From an uncultured Clostridia bacterium (lineage in GTDB: Bacteria > Bacillota > Clostridia > Oscillospirales > Ruminococcaceae), in the NCBI GenBank assembly GCA_947624555.1, contig CANQKW010000006.1, positions 4,206 to 68,205 on the forward strand: a stretch of DNA of 64,000 bases. The letters are read 5' to 3'. The notes below the pieces were generated by a model. It searched no databases. It saw only the letters and a program-made list of their open reading frames with translations, and was not told the DNA's origin. This document shows, piece after piece, positions 62,881 through 64,000 of this stretch (positions within the stretch are counted from its first letter, which is position 1; every line of letters begins with the position of its first letter). The translations under genes and the position numbers were made by a program.

Positions 62881-62981
62881 ACTCAAACCCCGTTTCTTTA
62901 CAGTATATTCATATTAAATATGCAGAAGAATAATGTGATTTTGGGCACAATTATCCTATCTGCTTACAGATGTCCATAATC

Positions 62982-63010
62982 ATTATACAACATTTCACAA
63001 AAGATTGCAA
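62982..63010 (-). promoter_or_regulatory. sigma-A-type promoter of the flagellar cluster
   Basis: Minus strand reads TTGCAA (63010-63005), a 17-nt spacer, then TATAAT (62987-62982). An A/T tract (AAAAAATTAAAAAAAATTG) lies immediately upstream. The leader to flgB is about 95 nt. Confidence 0.55.
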
Positions 63011-63200
63011 CAATTTTTTTTAATTTTTTCGACATTGCGAGAAAAATTATGCAAATGCCTTAACTATATTTTGACACTTTTGTATATTTTGAAGTAAAAA
63101 CGATTGCACTTTTGGTTGTTTCGCCGAAAAATCAGCCTTTAAGGAGCATTATTTCTAAATTTCGCACAAAAATCGCTTGCGAAAAAAATTTCATACCCCC

Positions 63201-63229
63201 TTGACAAATCGTTTTCAATGTGGTAAAAT
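63201..63229 (+). promoter_or_regulatory. sigma-A-type promoter of the trp leader
   Basis: TTGACA (63201-63206), a 17-nt spacer ending in TGG (extended -10), then TAAAAT (63224-63229). Confidence 0.55.
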
Positions 63230-63339
63230 AAGTGCATAAATACCTTTATACCGATTGTGATTTAAGTTAAGAGTCGGGGGTATTTCAATTGAATATGCCT
63301 TATAAACCTATGACGTGGAGATAACGTTGCCTGTGCACT

Positions 63340-63623
63340 TACAGAGAGCGGTCGGTGCTGTGAATACCGCAGAACGCAGGGTTTCCAAATGGACCACCGA
63401 GGGCGAAGGGGAAAGCAAAGGTGCGATGCGCCGTGATTTAAATGTGGGCAGGTTTGTCCGCAGAATTGCAAGTATCCCAAGACGTAAGCGGGCGTTAACC
63501 GCAAGGGTATGTCAGTACCCGTAGAGTGCGCCGCAAAAGCGATTTTCGGCGAATTAAGGTGGCAACACGGAGTTAAACCGTCCTTAAAGCAGAAGTGTGT
63601 AATTCTGCCGGGGCGGATTTTTT
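63340..63623 (+). promoter_or_regulatory. T-box riboswitch leader, probably tRNA-Trp specific
   Basis: - AGAGAG motif at 63343-63348.
- Candidate specifier UGG at 63390-63392, in the context AAAUGGA.
- T-box sequence AATTAAGGTGGCAACACGG at 63552-63570.
- Terminator stem CCGTCC...GGGCGG (63578-63616) followed by T6.
- The downstream gene is trpE. Confidence 0.75.
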
Positions 63624-63672
63624 ATTGTTCGGGAAAACGCAGGAATTTCCCGTAAAGAAACGGAGGATTGTT

Positions 63673-64000
63673 ATGATTTATCCCTGTCTTGAAGACGCAA
63701 AAAAGCTCACGGACTGCACGGTCATTCCCGTAAAAAGAGAGCTTTTCGCCGACATAAGGACGCCCGTCGAGGCTCTTAAAATCCTTAAAAACGCAAGCTC
63801 TCACGTTTTTATACTGGAGAGCGTTGAAAATCAGGAAAAATGGGGACGGTACACCTTTTTGGGCTACGACCCGAAACTTGAAATTTCCTGCCTCAACGGA
63901 GTTGTAAGCATAAAAAACATCAAAACGGGAAAAACAGACTCCTTCGAGGAAAAAAATCCCGCAGAACGCATAAAAGCTCTTATGAGCGAATACCGCTCCC
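63673..64000 (+). CDS. trpE: anthranilate synthase component I, 5' part (runs off the window)
   Basis: Hand-translated; it is not in the ORF track because it has no in-window stop. ATG follows ACGGAGGATTGTT. Product begins MIYPCLEDAKKLTDCTVIPVKRELFADIRTPVEALKILKNASSHVFILESVENQEKWGRYTFLGYDP..., the TrpE-type N-terminus. A Trp T-box lies upstream. Confidence 0.82.
   Translation, partial: MIYPCLEDAKKLTDCTVIPVKRELFADIRTPVEALKILKNASSHVFILESVENQEKWGRYTFLGYDPKLEISCLNGVVSIKNIKTGKTDSFEEKNPAERIKALMSEYRS

Noticed and set aside
63071-63100. TTGACA at 63071-63076 as a second + strand promoter
   Set aside because: No acceptable -10 hexamer lies 16-18 nt downstream (GTAAAA at best). The promoter at 63201-63229 fits much better.
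63262-63524. ORFs 63262-63504 (-) and 63315-63524 (+)
   Set aside because: They lie within the structured T-box leader of trpE and have no RBS.

Overview
This window looks like chromosome from a flagellated, probably spore-forming Clostridia-class Firmicute. That is inferred from gene content: cwlD, ylbJ, a SCIFF peptide, a dockerin protein and a Bacillus-like fla/che gene order. No homology searches were run, so all calls rest on motifs read from the ORF translations and on sequence I translated myself.

Layout:
1. 1-5.3 kb: a partial zinc-ribbon protein (missing from the ORF track), ung, a lipoprotein, an unlisted 50-aa ORF with its own promoter and terminator, an MBL-fold hydrolase, a ~670-bp mosaic block of hairpin repeats, an orphan SMI1/KNR4 immunity-like gene, and a DUF4870 membrane protein.
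2. 5.6-14.3 kb: a nine-gene V/A-type ATPase operon.
3. 14.4-22.9 kb, minus strand: a dockerin protein, relA, recJ, purB, cwlD and a small acidic membrane protein.
4. 23.1-26.8 kb: a SCIFF (six-Cys) ranthipeptide precursor (47 aa, TTG start, missing from the ORF track), its radical-SAM/SPASM maturase, a translationally coupled lipoprotein, and an HtrA-like protease.
5. 26.9-32.2 kb: pyruvate:ferredoxin oxidoreductase, a second copy of the hairpin-repeat block, and ylbJ.
6. 32.2-62.9 kb: one long minus-strand run. It holds a 29-gene flagellar/chemotaxis cluster (flgB to cheD), followed by uvrC, rsmD, coaD and a coiled-coil protein.
7. 63.2-64.0 kb: a tryptophan T-box leader and the 5' end of trpE.

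I do not see a clearly novel multi-gene system; most of the window is core metabolism and motility. The signals most worth a second look are:
- The mosaic hairpin-bead repeat family at two loci, whose stems are preserved by compensatory substitutions between copies.
- The SCIFF locus, with a coupled DUF4358 lipoprotein.
- Internal punctuation of the flagellar cluster: a consensus promoter in a 204-nt motA-motB gap, a GCCGATAT sigma-28-like box before fliI, and a terminator-like hairpin after cheY.
- flhF, flhG and fliL are absent from their usual positions.
- Repeat-containing extensions in FlgD and FliY.
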